64,000 nucleotides of DNA. Origin: an uncultured Slackia sp. (GTDB taxonomy: Bacteria > Actinomycetota > Coriobacteriia > Coriobacteriales > Eggerthellaceae). Shown here in pieces: positions 18,551 to 29,307 of this stretch; within the stretch, counting starts at the first letter, position 1, and every line of letters begins with the position of its first letter. A model generated the notes under the pieces. That model ran no database searches and was not told the DNA's origin. It was given only the letters and a program-made list of their open reading frames with translations. A program made the position numbers and the translations under genes. The DNA is taken from NCBI RefSeq assembly GCF_944321625.1, contig NZ_CALUMA010000117.1, positions 6,311 to 70,310 of the forward strand, in the 5' to 3' direction.

Positions 18551-20398
18551 CTATTTCTCTTCAATGAAGAAGCGCTTGTACCAGATCAGGAAGGTGAGCG
18601 CGGTGTAGATCTTGCGCTGGTTGAGAGCCTTGCCTTCGAAGTGATCGTCGAGCAGCTTCATCAGCTTGTCGCGGTCGAAGAACTCCTCGGCGAAATCAGC
18701 CTGGAAGTATTCCTTCACGTAGTCGTAGTACTTCTGCTCGCGCAGCCAGAACTTGATGGGCACGGGGAAGCCCTTCTTGGGACGCGTGGCCCACTCGTCC
18801 GGCAGACAGCGGTTGGCGGCGTGGCGCAGCACCTGCTTGTTGCCGTTCTCGTTCACGCGGAAGCGGGCGGGCACGTGCTGGGCGAACTCCATGACCTTCT
18901 TGTCGAGGAACGGCACGCGCAGCTCCAGCGAGTGTGCCATGCACATCTTGTCGGCCTTGAGCAGAATGTCGCCCGGCAGCCACATATTCATATCCAGATA
19001 CTGCTTCTTGGAAAGCTCGCAGAACTGCGGTACCTGCGCATACACCGGCGCGCACAGCTCGAAGGCGTTAGGGCCCTGGTCGTATTCCGGCTTCAGGATG
19101 TCGTCGGCCTCTTCGGGCGAGTACACGTTGGCCTGACCCACGTACCAGCGCTCGGGCACCTCGGCGCACTTGGTCAGGAAGTTGTGACCCTTGAAGTACG
19201 GCAGATGCTGCACGAGCGAACCCAGCGCGCGGCGCACGCCCAGCGGCACGGTGCGCTTGAACTTGGCCATCTCGGGCGTATCCTCGTACCACTCGTAGCC
19301 GGCGAACAGCTCGTCGGCGCCCTCGCCGGAAAGCACGACGGTCACCTGCTCGGCGGCCAGCTGCGCCAGGAAGTACAGCGGTACGCTGGACAGGTTGGAC
19401 TGCGGCTCGTCCATGTGGTACTGGATGGTTTCCAGCGCCCCGAAGAAATCGTCGCCGTCGATCATCTTGCGGTAGTTCTTGATACCCAGCTTGTCAGACA
19501 GCTCGGCGGCGTAGTTGGTTTCGTTGAAATCCTTGTAGTCGAAGCCCACGCTGAACGTGTTGTCGGGCATGAGGCACGCGGCGATGTAGCTGGAGTCCAC
19601 GCCGCCAGAAAGGAACGAACCCACCTTCACGTCGGCGATGCGGTGCGCCGCCACGCTCTCGTGCACCACCTGGTCGCATTCGTCCACGTACTCGTCGAAG
19701 TTCTTGGTGTTGTCGTCCGAGAAGTCGCACTGCCAGTAGCGACGCACGTTCATCTCGCGCGTGGCCAGGTCGTACGTGAAGCAATGCGCGGCCTCAAGCT
19801 TGTAGATGCCCGCGAAGAACGTCTCCTCCGTGGCGGGGAACTGCAGCGTCAGGTAGGGGCGCAGGGCCTTCTTGTTCACGGCCTTCACGAAGCCGGGGTG
19901 GTCGAGGAAGCTCTTGATCTCGCTGCCGAACAGCAGATCGCCCGACGAGGTGCGGCCGTAGTAGAACGGCTTGATGCCGAAGATGTCGCGCGCGCCGTAA
20001 AGCTTCTGGTTGCGCTTGTCGTAAATGACGAAGCCGTACATGCCGCGCAGGTGGTCCACCAGGCTGTCGCCCCACTCCTCGTAGCCGTGCACCAGCACCT
20101 CGGTGTCGGCGTTGCAGTGGAACGTGTGGCCGGCGGCCTCAAGCTGGGCGCGCAGCTCCTGGAAGTTGTAAATCTCGCCGTTGAACGTGACGGTCACATT
20201 GCCGTCGTCGCTGGTCATGGGCTGGCGGCCCGCCTCGGACAGGTCCAGAATGGACAGGCGGCGGAAGCCCATGGACACGTCGCCGTCGAAGTACTGGCCG
20301 CCCATGTCGGGACCGCGATGAACGATACGGTTCATCATGGCCTCAAGGACGGCCTCTTTATTGTCGATAGTGCCGGTGAATCCGACGAATCCGCACAT
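18551..20398 (-). CDS. asnB: asparagine synthase (glutamine-hydrolysing)
   Basis: N-terminal MCGFVGF (Ntn catalytic Cys2), GFRRLSILDL, and the PP-loop FLSGGVDSS. The track start at 20500 is trimmed to 20398. Confidence 0.9.
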   Translation of the reverse strand: MCGFVGFTGTIDNKEAVLEAMMNRIVHRGPDMGGQYFDGDVSMGFRRLSILDLSEAGRQPMTSDDGNVTVTFNGEIYNFQELRAQLEAAGHTFHCNADTEVLVHGYEEWGDSLVDHLRGMYGFVIYDKRNQKLYGARDIFGIKPFYYGRTSSGDLLFGSEIKSFLDHPGFVKAVNKKALRPYLTLQFPATEETFFAGIYKLEAAHCFTYDLATREMNVRRYWQCDFSDDNTKNFDEYVDECDQVVHESVAAHRIADVKVGSFLSGGVDSSYIAACLMPDNTFSVGFDYKDFNETNYAAELSDKLGIKNYRKMIDGDDFFGALETIQYHMDEPQSNLSSVPLYFLAQLAAEQVTVVLSGEGADELFAGYEWYEDTPEMAKFKRTVPLGVRRALGSLVQHLPYFKGHNFLTKCAEVPERWYVGQANVYSPEEADDILKPEYDQGPNAFELCAPVYAQVPQFCELSKKQYLDMNMWLPGDILLKADKMCMAHSLELRVPFLDKKVMEFAQHVPARFRVNENGNKQVLRHAANRCLPDEWATRPKKGFPVPIKFWLREQKYYDYVKEYFQADFAEEFFDRDKLMKLLDDHFEGKALNQRKIYTALTFLIWYKRFFIEEK

Positions 20399-20584
20399 AG
20401 GATGCCTTTCGTAGAATCTCGCATTCCGGGGCGCGACGCCGCGCGGGCAAGCCGACGCGTGCCCGACCGCCAAGCAGCGGTCAAGCGCCCGAACATTCAC
20501 TCGAACCTAGAATTGTAGCGCCCCAGGCCCCTGAATTGGGAAAATGCGTGAGATGAGCATAGGTTGGGAAAGGCGAATCGGAGA

Positions 20585-21478
20585 TTATGCGATATGGCCG
20601 AGGAAATCCTTCGTACGATCGGATTGCGGGCGTTCGAACACATCCTCGGGCGCACCCTGCTCGACGATCACGCCGCCGTCCATGAATATCACGCGGTCGG
20701 CCACGTCGCGTGCGAACCGCATCTCGTGCGTGACCACCATCATGGTCATGCCGTCGCGCGCCAGCGACCGCATGACGTCAAGCACGTCGCGCACCAGCTC
20801 GGGGTCAAGGGCACTCGTGGCTTCGTCGAACAGCATCACGTGCGGGTCCATCGCCAGAGCGCGCGCAATGGCCACGCGCTGCTGCTGGCCGCCCGAAAGC
20901 TGACTTGGCTTGTAGTCGGCTCGGTCGCGCAGACCCACGCGCTCCAGCTGCTCGAGCGCGATGCGTTCCGCCTGGGCCTTGGGACGCTTGAGCACGTGCT
21001 CCTGGGCAAGCATCACGTTCTTCTTGGCCGTGAGGTGCGGGAACAGATTGAAATTCTGAAACACCATGCCCACGTGTTCGCGCACCTTGGTGATGTCGGT
21101 GGCCGGACCGGTGATCTCGGTGTCTTCGAACCAGATATGGCCGCTCGTTGCCTCTTCGAGACGGTTCACGCACCGCAGCAGCGTGGACTTGCCAGAGCCG
21201 CTGGGTCCCAGGATGACCACCACCTCGCCGCGATTCACGGTAAGGTCAATGCCTTTGAGAATTTCCTGATCGCCGAAGCTTTTACGCAAACCTTCGATAC
21301 GGATGACGGCATCGCTTGCAAAAGCATCGCTCTTATCGGGCACCTGCGCTCCTTCAGCATCGTGCGGCGTGCATGCCACGACGCCATCGCCATCGAGCGA
21401 TGCGCCGCCCGCAGCCTTGCCTTTGTTGGCAGGAGTGTTTTCGATTCGATCTTCGGTTGCACTGGGGCTATGCGCCAT
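20585..21478 (-). CDS. amino-acid ABC transporter ATP-binding protein (with about 55-aa N-terminal extension)
   Basis: [41 protein letters not shown]. The start abuts the stop of the upstream permease gene (TAG-C-ATG). Confidence 0.9.
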   Translation of the reverse strand: MAHSPSATEDRIENTPANKGKAAGGASLDGDGVVACTPHDAEGAQVPDKSDAFASDAVIRIEGLRKSFGDQEILKGIDLTVNRGEVVVILGPSGSGKSTLLRCVNRLEEATSGHIWFEDTEITGPATDITKVREHVGMVFQNFNLFPHLTAKKNVMLAQEHVLKRPKAQAERIALEQLERVGLRDRADYKPSQLSGGQQQRVAIARALAMDPHVMLFDEATSALDPELVRDVLDVMRSLARDGMTMMVVTHEMRFARDVADRVIFMDGGVIVEQGAPEDVFERPQSDRTKDFLGHIA

Positions 21479-21479
21479 G

Positions 21480-23654
21480 CTACTGCCTCCCGCCTTCCTC
21501 GGACGCCATCTTCTTCTCGGCCTTGGTGACCACGTGGATTAGCGGAATGGTGACTACCAGGTAGTACAGCGCCGCGCAGATGTACGGCGTGATGTTGCCC
21601 GTGGTTGCCGTGAGGTTCTTGGAGAACATCATCAGCTCCATGACGCCCACGCTGGAAAGCAGCGACGTATCTTTGTAGAGCATCACGAATTCGCTGGTCA
21701 TAGTAGGCATCACGCGACGCACCGTCTGAGGGATGATAACGAGCCCCATGGCCTGGATCTTGTTCATGCCCAGCGAGCTTGCCGCCTCCATCTGGCCTTT
21801 GGGGATGGATTCAATGCCGGCGCGGAAGATTTCCGCCAAATAGGCCGACGTGTTTACGGCCATGACCGCGATGCCCAGCGGCAGGTTGGGCAGGTTAAAG
21901 CCCAGCATGGGCATGCCGAAAAACGCGATGTAGATCTGCAGAAACAGCGGAATGCCGCGCAGCAGATTGATGTACGTCACGCCGATGGCGCGCAGCACGC
22001 GGTTGCGGCTCATCTTGAGAAACGCGAACAGCAGGCCCACGGGTATGGCCAGCGGAAAGCCGATGACCGTGACCAGCAGCGCCGTGCCCCACCCCTGGAA
22101 CAGCGACGCGATAGACGTGACCACGTACTGCAGCTTGAAGAACATGCCAAGGAACGGATTGGAATTCCACGCCTCGACCCACGCTTGGCTGTCGAGCCAG
22201 TTCACCGCAGCCTGCACCCACGTGCTTTCGGAGACGGAGATCGTGGGGCTTGCGGGCAGCTCGCGCTGGGTGCCATCGCTTGTCGTATAGGTGCCGCCCA
22301 CCGTGTAGGCGCCCGCCGTGCTGGGAAACAGCACGCCTTCCACCTCGATGGAGAGCTGCGAGCCCGCGGGGATAGGCTCTGCGAAATCGACGACGAGCGA
22401 GGAATCCGACACGCTCGCTTGCGCCTGAACCTGCGTGCGGCTAAGGTCGTCCACAATCACGGCCTCGACCGACGTGTCCTCGAACGAGCCGCCGTCAGGC
22501 AGCTGAAGCGTAATCTGGGAGATGTCGCCCTCTTCGGTTCCCGTGACGCAACCCCAGGTGAGACGCGTGGCGATGCCGCCGAGAACCGCGCTGCCGCCGT
22601 CTTCGTTGGAGCGGGCCGTAGCCGTGATAGACGAGAGCTCGGGCTGGGCTTCGACGCTTGCCTGGGCGGCATCCGCGCTATCGGAGCCTGCAGTCGCGGA
22701 CTCTTCGCCAGCGTCGCTTGCCTCACCCGCAGCGCCCGCGTTGTCCGATGCCGCTGCCTCGCCTGCTGCGTCCGACGTCGCGCCACCCGAGCCACTCGGC
22801 GCCATGCCGAACCACTTTTCGTAGAGCTCGTCGTAAGCGCCCTCGGCACGGATATCCGCCAGCGCCCGATTGATCGCCTGCGTCAGACCGGGATTGCTCT
22901 TGCTTACGGCGATGCCAAACTGCTCGCCCGTAGGAATCTCCTCGATGATCTCCATGTCCGTGAACGAATTGGACACCATCCACTGCTCCACCGGAAGGTC
23001 GCACACCACGGCCTGGCACTGACCGCTCATAACGGCGGTGAACGCCGCGATCCAGTCGTCAAAGTTGACGGTCTGCGCGTTGGGCAGGTTCTCAATCGCC
23101 CACTCTTCGGAGGTGGTGCCCGACTGCACGGCTACCTTCACGCCGGCCTGGTTGAGGTCGGACGCCTGCTCATAGCCTGAATCCTTCGCCGCGGCGACGC
23201 CCTGGTTGGAGTCCATATATGAATCGGTGAAATCCACCTCTTGCAGACGCTCTTCGTTAATGGTGATGTTACAGGCACCCACATCGGTCTTCACGCCCTG
23301 CTTGACCGAGGGAATGATACCGTCGAATTTCTGCGCGGGAAGATAGTTGAGTTCAAGCCCCAAGCGGTCGGCAATCATGCCCATGAGTTCCACGGTGAAG
23401 CCCTGCGGCTCGCCGGAATCGTCCGCATACTCGAACGGCGGCGTGGCAAGGTCGGATGCCACCGTGAGTTTCCCCTGATTGACCAGGGTATATTGATTCT
23501 CGGAAGAACTCGCCGCACCGCTCGATGCAGACGGGTCGTCCTGGGACGTTTCGCTTGAACAACCGACCATACACAACGTAATTGACGCCGCCATCAACAG
23601 TGCGACCATAATCGTGGCAACACGGGAAACGGAGCGAATGAGGGGGCTTCGCAT
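21480..23654 (-). CDS. fused amino-acid ABC transporter: lipoprotein substrate-binding domain + unknown middle domain + permease
   Basis: Lipobox LCMVGC and an SBP_bac_3-like domain ([13 protein letters not shown]...). An Ala/Ser/Asp linker is followed by a beta-rich region of about 190 aa. The C-terminus is a His/Glu/Gln/Arg-type permease ([14 protein letters not shown]...EAASSLGM). Confidence 0.85.
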   Translation of the reverse strand: MRSPLIRSVSRVATIMVALLMAASITLCMVGCSSETSQDDPSASSGAASSSENQYTLVNQGKLTVASDLATPPFEYADDSGEPQGFTVELMGMIADRLGLELNYLPAQKFDGIIPSVKQGVKTDVGACNITINEERLQEVDFTDSYMDSNQGVAAAKDSGYEQASDLNQAGVKVAVQSGTTSEEWAIENLPNAQTVNFDDWIAAFTAVMSGQCQAVVCDLPVEQWMVSNSFTDMEIIEEIPTGEQFGIAVSKSNPGLTQAINRALADIRAEGAYDELYEKWFGMAPSGSGGATSDAAGEAAASDNAGAAGEASDAGEESATAGSDSADAAQASVEAQPELSSITATARSNEDGGSAVLGGIATRLTWGCVTGTEEGDISQITLQLPDGGSFEDTSVEAVIVDDLSRTQVQAQASVSDSSLVVDFAEPIPAGSQLSIEVEGVLFPSTAGAYTVGGTYTTSDGTQRELPASPTISVSESTWVQAAVNWLDSQAWVEAWNSNPFLGMFFKLQYVVTSIASLFQGWGTALLVTVIGFPLAIPVGLLFAFLKMSRNRVLRAIGVTYINLLRGIPLFLQIYIAFFGMPMLGFNLPNLPLGIAVMAVNTSAYLAEIFRAGIESIPKGQMEAASSLGMNKIQAMGLVIIPQTVRRVMPTMTSEFVMLYKDTSLLSSVGVMELMMFSKNLTATTGNITPYICAALYYLVVTIPLIHVVTKAEKKMASEEGGRQ

Positions 23655-23854
23655 GTTTCTCCTTCAACGATTTCTCGAATAGATGCCGATTAGGGTATAT
23701 CGGGAGCGCGACTTGCGTTCACCCCGTGTGCCCGACGGTGCAAAACAGGCACAAGGCTTAAAAAGACATTAAAATAGCCGCGACGGGACGAAACGCCGCC
23801 GCGGTGGTGTAACGTTATGCGGATGCATGCCAAGCACGAAAGAGAGGGCTTACC

Positions 23855-25417
23855 GTGACCCAATCTAAGCAAATAGAATCCAGCATCAAGCAGTATGTCG
23901 CGCTCCTCGCCGACCTGAAGGTTCTTGCGCAGCCCGAAGCTGCCGCCGCGATTGCCGACGCGCCCATCGTATTTGCCACCTGCGATTCGCGCGAAGTGGT
24001 GCCGAGCACGCTGTTCGTGTGCAAGGGCGCCGCTTTCAAACGGGAATACCTGTTGAGCGCCATCGAAGACGGAGCGGTGTGCTACGTATCCGAGGTCGAT
24101 TACGACGCGCCCATCCCCTGCCTGCTGGTCACGGACATCCGCAAAGCCATGGGCGCCATCGCCGATTTCGCATGGGGGCATCCTTCGGGCAAAATCGACA
24201 TTTGCGCCTTCACGGGCACCAAGGGAAAAACCACGAGCGTGTATTACCTCAAGGGCATCCTCGACGCCCAGGCGCGCGCGGCGGACACGCATGCGGCCGC
24301 CATGTTCTCGAGCATCGAGATGGACGACGGTTTGACGCACGGCGAGTCCAAGCTGACCACGCCCGAGCCGTTCGACCTTGAGCGCCACCTGGCCAACGCT
24401 GTGGCATCGGGCGCTCAGTACGTAGCGATGGAGGCGTCCAGCCAGGCGCTGAAATACGGCCGCACGTTCGGCGTCGAATTCGCCGTGGGCGCGTTCACCA
24501 ACATCGGTGAGGATCACATTTCCCCCATCGAGCACCCCACGTTTGAGGATTACTTCGCCAGCAAGCTGCTGCTGTTCAAACATTGCCAGACCGCCGTGGT
24601 GAACCTGGACATGGACCACGCCGACAAGGTGTATGCCTCCGCGCGCTCCCGATGCGAGCGCGTGCTCACCTATTCGCTCGAACATGAGCAGGCCGACGTG
24701 TTCGGCGGCGGCATGAGGCGCGTCGACAACGGCATCGTGCTCACGGTGCGCACGCCGCGGTTCGAGCGCGAGATTCTTATTCCCACGCCGGTGAAGTTCA
24801 ACGTGTCGAATGCGCTGGGCGCCATCGCGTGCGCCGAGGCGCTGGGCATCGACGAGGAATGCATCGTGCACGGCCTTGAAGACGTCATGGTTCCGGGCCG
24901 CATGAACCTCTACCCCACACAGTCGGGGCGCATCGTGGGCGTGGTCGATTTCGCCCACAACGGCATGAGCCTTGAGACGCTGCTGCGCGACCTGCGCGGA
25001 AACTACCCCGACCGCGAACTGTGCGTGGTGTTCGGGGCCACGGGCGGCAAGGGCATGGACCGCCGCGAGACCATGGGTGTGGCGGCCGGCAAGTTCGCCG
25101 ATCGCATCGTGATTACCGAGGACGACCCCGGCCCGGAAGACCCCGAGGACATCTGCGCGACGATTGCGCACTTCATAGAGGAGCAGGGCAATCACAATTG
25201 GCAGATCGAGGTCGATCGCGAGACTGCCATTCGCAAGGCGGTATTTGAGACCGAGCGCCCCGCCGTGGTCATCGTGACGGGCAAGGGCGTAGAGACCGAG
25301 ATGAAACGCAAGAACGGCGCCGAGCCGTGCGAGACCGACGGCGTGATGCTGCGCCGCGCGTTGGACGAGTTCGAGGCGCGGGCGATGTCGCAATCATGGC
25401 AATCGACTCGATCATGA
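23855..25417 (+). CDS. murE: UDP-N-acetylmuramoyl-L-alanyl-D-glutamate-(L-Lys/meso-DAP) ligase
   Basis: GTG start. Mur-ligase P-loop FTGTKGKTT, with DFAHNGMS and GGKG motifs. Confidence 0.85.
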   Translation: MTQSKQIESSIKQYVALLADLKVLAQPEAAAAIADAPIVFATCDSREVVPSTLFVCKGAAFKREYLLSAIEDGAVCYVSEVDYDAPIPCLLVTDIRKAMGAIADFAWGHPSGKIDICAFTGTKGKTTSVYYLKGILDAQARAADTHAAAMFSSIEMDDGLTHGESKLTTPEPFDLERHLANAVASGAQYVAMEASSQALKYGRTFGVEFAVGAFTNIGEDHISPIEHPTFEDYFASKLLLFKHCQTAVVNLDMDHADKVYASARSRCERVLTYSLEHEQADVFGGGMRRVDNGIVLTVRTPRFEREILIPTPVKFNVSNALGAIACAEALGIDEECIVHGLEDVMVPGRMNLYPTQSGRIVGVVDFAHNGMSLETLLRDLRGNYPDRELCVVFGATGGKGMDRRETMGVAAGKFADRIVITEDDPGPEDPEDICATIAHFIEEQGNHNWQIEVDRETAIRKAVFETERPAVVIVTGKGVETEMKRKNGAEPCETDGVMLRRALDEFEARAMSQSWQSTRS

Positions 25418-25512
25418 TCTTCGGCGCCGTGATGCTTGCTCTGTACGTTTCGTTCAGGGCGGCGCAGAAGCGCGAGGCGAAGCTGTTCGAAGAGCTGGAA
25501 TCCGACGACTAA
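25396..25512 (+). CDS. possible 38-aa single-TM peptide
   Basis: MAIDSIMIFGAVMLALYVSFRAAQKREAKLFEELESDD. It overlaps the murE 3' end and is followed by a hairpin terminator. No homology support. Confidence 0.25.
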   Translation: MAIDSIMIFGAVMLALYVSFRAAQKREAKLFEELESDD

Positions 25513-25516
25513 ACGA

Positions 25517-25549
25517 CGAAGGCCCAGGTTGCTAACGCCTGGGCCTTCG
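25517..25549. terminator. bidirectional hairpin between convergent murE and yqeY-like genes
   Basis: 12-bp stem CGAAGGCCCAGG / CCTGGGCCTTCG with a 9-nt loop. Confidence 0.65.
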
Positions 25550-25608
25550 CTTTGGGCGAGACACGTATATGTCTGTCAGCTTCAATTTTTCAATCGCCTC
25601 AGGCGACA

Positions 25609-26052
25609 CTAGGCCAGGCGGCTGCCCACTTCCTTGGCAGCGGCTGCCTTATCGAAGTTTCCGCCGGTGGCGGCGTTGAGCGCACCCATGACTTTGCCCA
25701 TGTCGCGCTTGGTCTCGGCGCCCACCTCGGCGATGGTCTTCTCAACCAGAGCGATCAGCTCGTCGCCGGAAATCTGCTTAGGCAGATACTCCTCAAGGAT
25801 GGCGACCTGCGCGCGCAGCGTTTCGGTGCGCTCCTCGTTGTTGCCGGCCTTGATGGAGCCCTCCAGCGTCTCGCCCGTCTGTTTGATCAGGCGCTTGAGC
25901 ATGGCATCCACGTCGGCGTCGGTGATTTCGCGGCGCTCGTTGACCTCGATGTTCTTGATTTCGCCATGCACCTGGCGAAGAATGGACAGACGCACCTTGT
26001 CATGCGCCTTCATGGCGTTCTTGATTTCTTCCTTGAGCTCTTCGTACTTCAT
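25609..26052 (-). CDS. GatB/YqeY domain-containing protein
   Basis: MKYEELKEEIKNAMKAHDKVRLSILRQV...MGKVMGALNAATGGNFDKAAAAKEV is typical of YqeY. Start trimmed from 26169. Confidence 0.85.
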   Translation of the reverse strand: MKYEELKEEIKNAMKAHDKVRLSILRQVHGEIKNIEVNERREITDADVDAMLKRLIKQTGETLEGSIKAGNNEERTETLRAQVAILEEYLPKQISGDELIALVEKTIAEVGAETKRDMGKVMGALNAATGGNFDKAAAAKEVGSRLA

Positions 26053-26177
26053 AACTGCCTCCCCGTCTCTTGCAAGAACCTTATTCTGTCCACCAGTATA
26101 GCGTTCATACACAAGAGCGCCCCATGTCACACGCAAAGACGCCACTGAATCTTTCACTTCACTCTTCACTTTACACC

Positions 26178-26221
26178 TGAATCATCTCTTTAATTAAAGT
26201 GATTATTAAAGAGATGATTCA
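26178..26221. repeat. 17-bp perfect AT-rich inverted repeat, 10-nt loop
   Basis: TGAATCATCTCTTTAAT / ATTAAAGAGATGATTCA between the cydB stop and the yqeY-like start. Confidence 0.9.
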
Positions 26222-26335
26222 AGTGATGGAAAGCCTTCTTGCACAGAAGCCGAACGGGCGCATAAAAGGGGCCGCCCGTAGGCGACCCCTTGAGACGAAT
26301 GGCAGAGCCGTTGTTTGAGTATCGGCGACAACCGA

Positions 26336-27391
26336 CTAGTAGTGCAAATCCTCCACCTTCACGCGGCCGCGGAACGTGCGGTAGATGATGAAGTGATAGA
26401 TCAGCACCAGGGGCAGGCCCACGCAGGTGATGCCCAGCATCCAAGTGAGCGTGAGGTTGCTGGACGCCGCCGTGGCGATGGTGATGTTCTCGCCGGAAGC
26501 GGGGCTGCCGAACAGCGTGATGGGGTCGCCCGCGCCCGCAACCACCAGGTTGGGGAACATGCTCACGGCCCACAGCGCCACCAGCAGCACGCACACGGCG
26601 GAGGAGGCGATGAATCCGGCCAAATCAGAGCCGTCGCTCTGCGCCTTGGCGATGCAGAAGACCATGGCCAGCACAATCACGATGGCGATAACGATGCCCA
26701 GGATGGTCTGCACGCCGGTCAGCTCAGGCGCGATCACGAAGTGCCCGTACACCGACACCAGCGCGAAGAGCACCAGCGCCGCGATGCCGGCAACCTTGGC
26801 GGCACCCTTGGCGCGAGCGCGCACGGGGGAATCGAGCGGAGCCTTCAGCATGAGCCAGCTCGCACCCTGCAGGATGAAGGCGGACAGGCCGAGCAGACCC
26901 GTAAGCAGGGTGAACGGAGTCACCAGGCCCAGCAGCGGCACGCCGATGTAATCGCCGTTGGCATCCATGGGAATGCCGGCGTACACGTTACCCACGGCCA
27001 CGCCCAGAAGCAGCGCCGGAAGCAGCGAGCCCACGAAGAACAGGATGTTCCACAGCTTGGCCCACGCCTTGTCGTGGCCGGCGAACTCGACCGCGGCGGC
27101 GCGCACGATAAGGCCCATGAGCACCAGCATCACGGCCAGATAGAAGCCGGAGAACGTGGTGGCGTATGCCGCCGGGAACGCCGCGAACAGCGCGCCGCCC
27201 GCAGTGAGCAGCCACACCTCGTTGCCGTCCCACACCGGACCGATACTCTGGCGCACGATGGCACGCTCCTGATCGTTCTTGGCAACGAACGGGCTTAGCA
27301 CGCCCGCGCCCAGATCAAAGCCGTCGAGCACGAAGTAGCCCGCGATCAGTACGAAAATGAGGCAGAACCAGACGATACCCAGGATCTCCAT
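26336..27391 (-). CDS. cydB: cytochrome d ubiquinol oxidase subunit II
   Basis: MEILGIVWFCLIFVLIAGYFVLDGFDLGAGVL is the canonical CydB N-terminus. It starts 1 nt after the cydA stop. Confidence 0.9.
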   Translation of the reverse strand: MEILGIVWFCLIFVLIAGYFVLDGFDLGAGVLSPFVAKNDQERAIVRQSIGPVWDGNEVWLLTAGGALFAAFPAAYATTFSGFYLAVMLVLMGLIVRAAAVEFAGHDKAWAKLWNILFFVGSLLPALLLGVAVGNVYAGIPMDANGDYIGVPLLGLVTPFTLLTGLLGLSAFILQGASWLMLKAPLDSPVRARAKGAAKVAGIAALVLFALVSVYGHFVIAPELTGVQTILGIVIAIVIVLAMVFCIAKAQSDGSDLAGFIASSAVCVLLVALWAVSMFPNLVVAGAGDPITLFGSPASGENITIATAASSNLTLTWMLGITCVGLPLVLIYHFIIYRTFRGRVKVEDLHY

Positions 27392-27392
27392 G

Positions 27393-28871
27393 TTAGTTCG
27401 CCTCCTTCTTGGAATCGGACGCGGCGGACGCTGCAGCCGTCGCAGCGGAAGCGCCCGCGATGGCGGTGGCACCGCCCTGGTCGACGATGTTGCCTTCCAG
27501 ATCCTCCACGGGACCCTTCTTGATGAACCCGCTGATCAGGCGCGCCCACGCAACCAGGATAATCGCGTACACGGCAATAAACAGCACGATGGTAATCAGC
27601 AGCTCGACCGAAGAGACGGACGCCGAGACGCCATTGTTGGTCAGCAGCTGCACGCCTTCGGGCGAGCTGGTGGCGGGATACACCACGTAGGGCTGGCGGC
27701 CGACCTCGGCCGTGATCCAACCAGCCTGGATAGCAAGAATCGGGAAGATGGGGCACACGATCATGATCCATTGCGCCCACTTCTTTTGCTCCAGCTTGCC
27801 GTTCTTCTTGAACGCGGCGATGGCGGCGATCAGAATGACCACGCAAATCAGGCCGAAGAGGGCAACCATCAGGTGATAGCTCTGGAACACGAGGTTAACC
27901 GGGAGATCCTCCACCACGATATCGGGGTTCTCGGCGGCGAGGTCGTTCAGGCCGGGATACACGGTGTCGAACTCGCCGGAGGCAAGCCAGCTGGTAAAGC
28001 CGGGCAGCTCGATGGGGGCGATCACGCTCTGGCCTTCCTCATCGACCAGGCCGACCGCATACAACGGCAGCGTGCCTTCCTCGTAATGGCCTTCCATCAT
28101 GGCAATCTTGGTGGGCTGCTCCTCGGCCACCGCAACGGCGGAAGAGTGGGCCGAAACCAGCAGGCAGCAGGTAGCTACCAGCGACACGGCCACGCCGGTG
28201 CGCAGCGTCTTGCGCGCAAACTCGGCGTGCTTGCCCTTGTGCATGTACCACGCAGACACGGCGATGGCTACAAACGCGCCCATGACCAGCAGCGCCAGCA
28301 CAGTGTGGCTGTAGCGCGGCAGCGTGGTGGCGTTGAACGCGGCGGCGAAGAAGTCGGTCAGCACGGCCTTGGAACCGTCAGCGGAAAGCTCGGCGCCGGC
28401 GGGCGTCTGCATCCAGGAGTTGGCAATGATGATCCACAGCGCCGAAAGGCAGCTGCCCAGCCACACCAGCCATGCGCTGGCCAGGTAGAACTTGGGGCCA
28501 ACCTTGCCGCGGCCAAAGAGCACGATGCCCAAGAACACCGACTCCAGGAAGAACGCGAGCAGGGCCTCGGCGGCCAGCGGCGCGCCGAAGATGTCGCCCA
28601 CGAAGCGGCTGTAATCCGCCCAGTTGGTGCCAAACGAGAACTCCATGGTGATACCGGAAGCCACGCCCACCGCGAACGTAGTGGTGAAGATCTTGGCCCA
28701 GAACTTCGTGGCGGCGGCATCCTTCGGGTCGCGCGACTTGTAGTAGCGCGTTTCGTTGATGGCCAGAATCAATCCCAAACCGATGGATAGCGGCACATAC
28801 ATGAAGTGGAAGATAACTACCAGGGCGAACTGAATACGCGCAAGCAGTGCCGGATCGAGGAATTGCTCCAT
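27393..28871 (-). CDS. cydA: cytochrome bd ubiquinol oxidase subunit I
   Basis: MEQFLDPALLARIQFALVVIFHFMYVPLSIGLG...GWITAEVGRQPY are CydA hallmarks. Start trimmed from 28970. Confidence 0.9.
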   Translation of the reverse strand: MEQFLDPALLARIQFALVVIFHFMYVPLSIGLGLILAINETRYYKSRDPKDAAATKFWAKIFTTTFAVGVASGITMEFSFGTNWADYSRFVGDIFGAPLAAEALLAFFLESVFLGIVLFGRGKVGPKFYLASAWLVWLGSCLSALWIIIANSWMQTPAGAELSADGSKAVLTDFFAAAFNATTLPRYSHTVLALLVMGAFVAIAVSAWYMHKGKHAEFARKTLRTGVAVSLVATCCLLVSAHSSAVAVAEEQPTKIAMMEGHYEEGTLPLYAVGLVDEEGQSVIAPIELPGFTSWLASGEFDTVYPGLNDLAAENPDIVVEDLPVNLVFQSYHLMVALFGLICVVILIAAIAAFKKNGKLEQKKWAQWIMIVCPIFPILAIQAGWITAEVGRQPYVVYPATSSPEGVQLLTNNGVSASVSSVELLITIVLFIAVYAIILVAWARLISGFIKKGPVEDLEGNIVDQGGATAIAGASAATAAASAASDSKKEAN

Positions 28872-29307
28872 AGCACACCCCCTTTGCTTGATCGGCGCCC
28901 GCAGGCGCTCCCTTGGACATGCGCAGAAACCGACCCTTGCCAATATGGACAATTGGAGATTGTGCTGCATGACCCCTTTTTGTGCTTTCGGGAGCCTGCA
29001 CCCCTGCGCCGCAACCGAAGGTCAAGGCCCGCATGCAGTATCCCGAAAATACTTCGTCATCATACCATAAAAAGGAGGTTCTATGGATTAATTGCTATTA
29101 TTTTAGTAACATTTTTCGAACAGTTTGCAGGGCTGCCCCAGACAGGCGGAGCAGACACGCTCATCGAATTCGATGTGAGCCACGGCGAGCGGGCTATCGC
29201 AGGCGGATAGCGCAGGCGCTTAGACCGCAACAAAGCGCGTCGGTCCCGCGTTATGCCGCATGTCTGGACGGGCGACGCAGATGCTTAGACCGCAACAAAG
29301 CCTTTGG

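Noticed and set aside
29071-29091. Strong SD followed by a two-codon ORF (AAAGGAGGTTCT-ATG-GAT-TAA) on the plus strand upstream of cydA.
   Set aside because: It has no downstream plus-strand gene to regulate and lies antisense to the cydA promoter region. It is probably a chance occurrence in an AT-rich patch.
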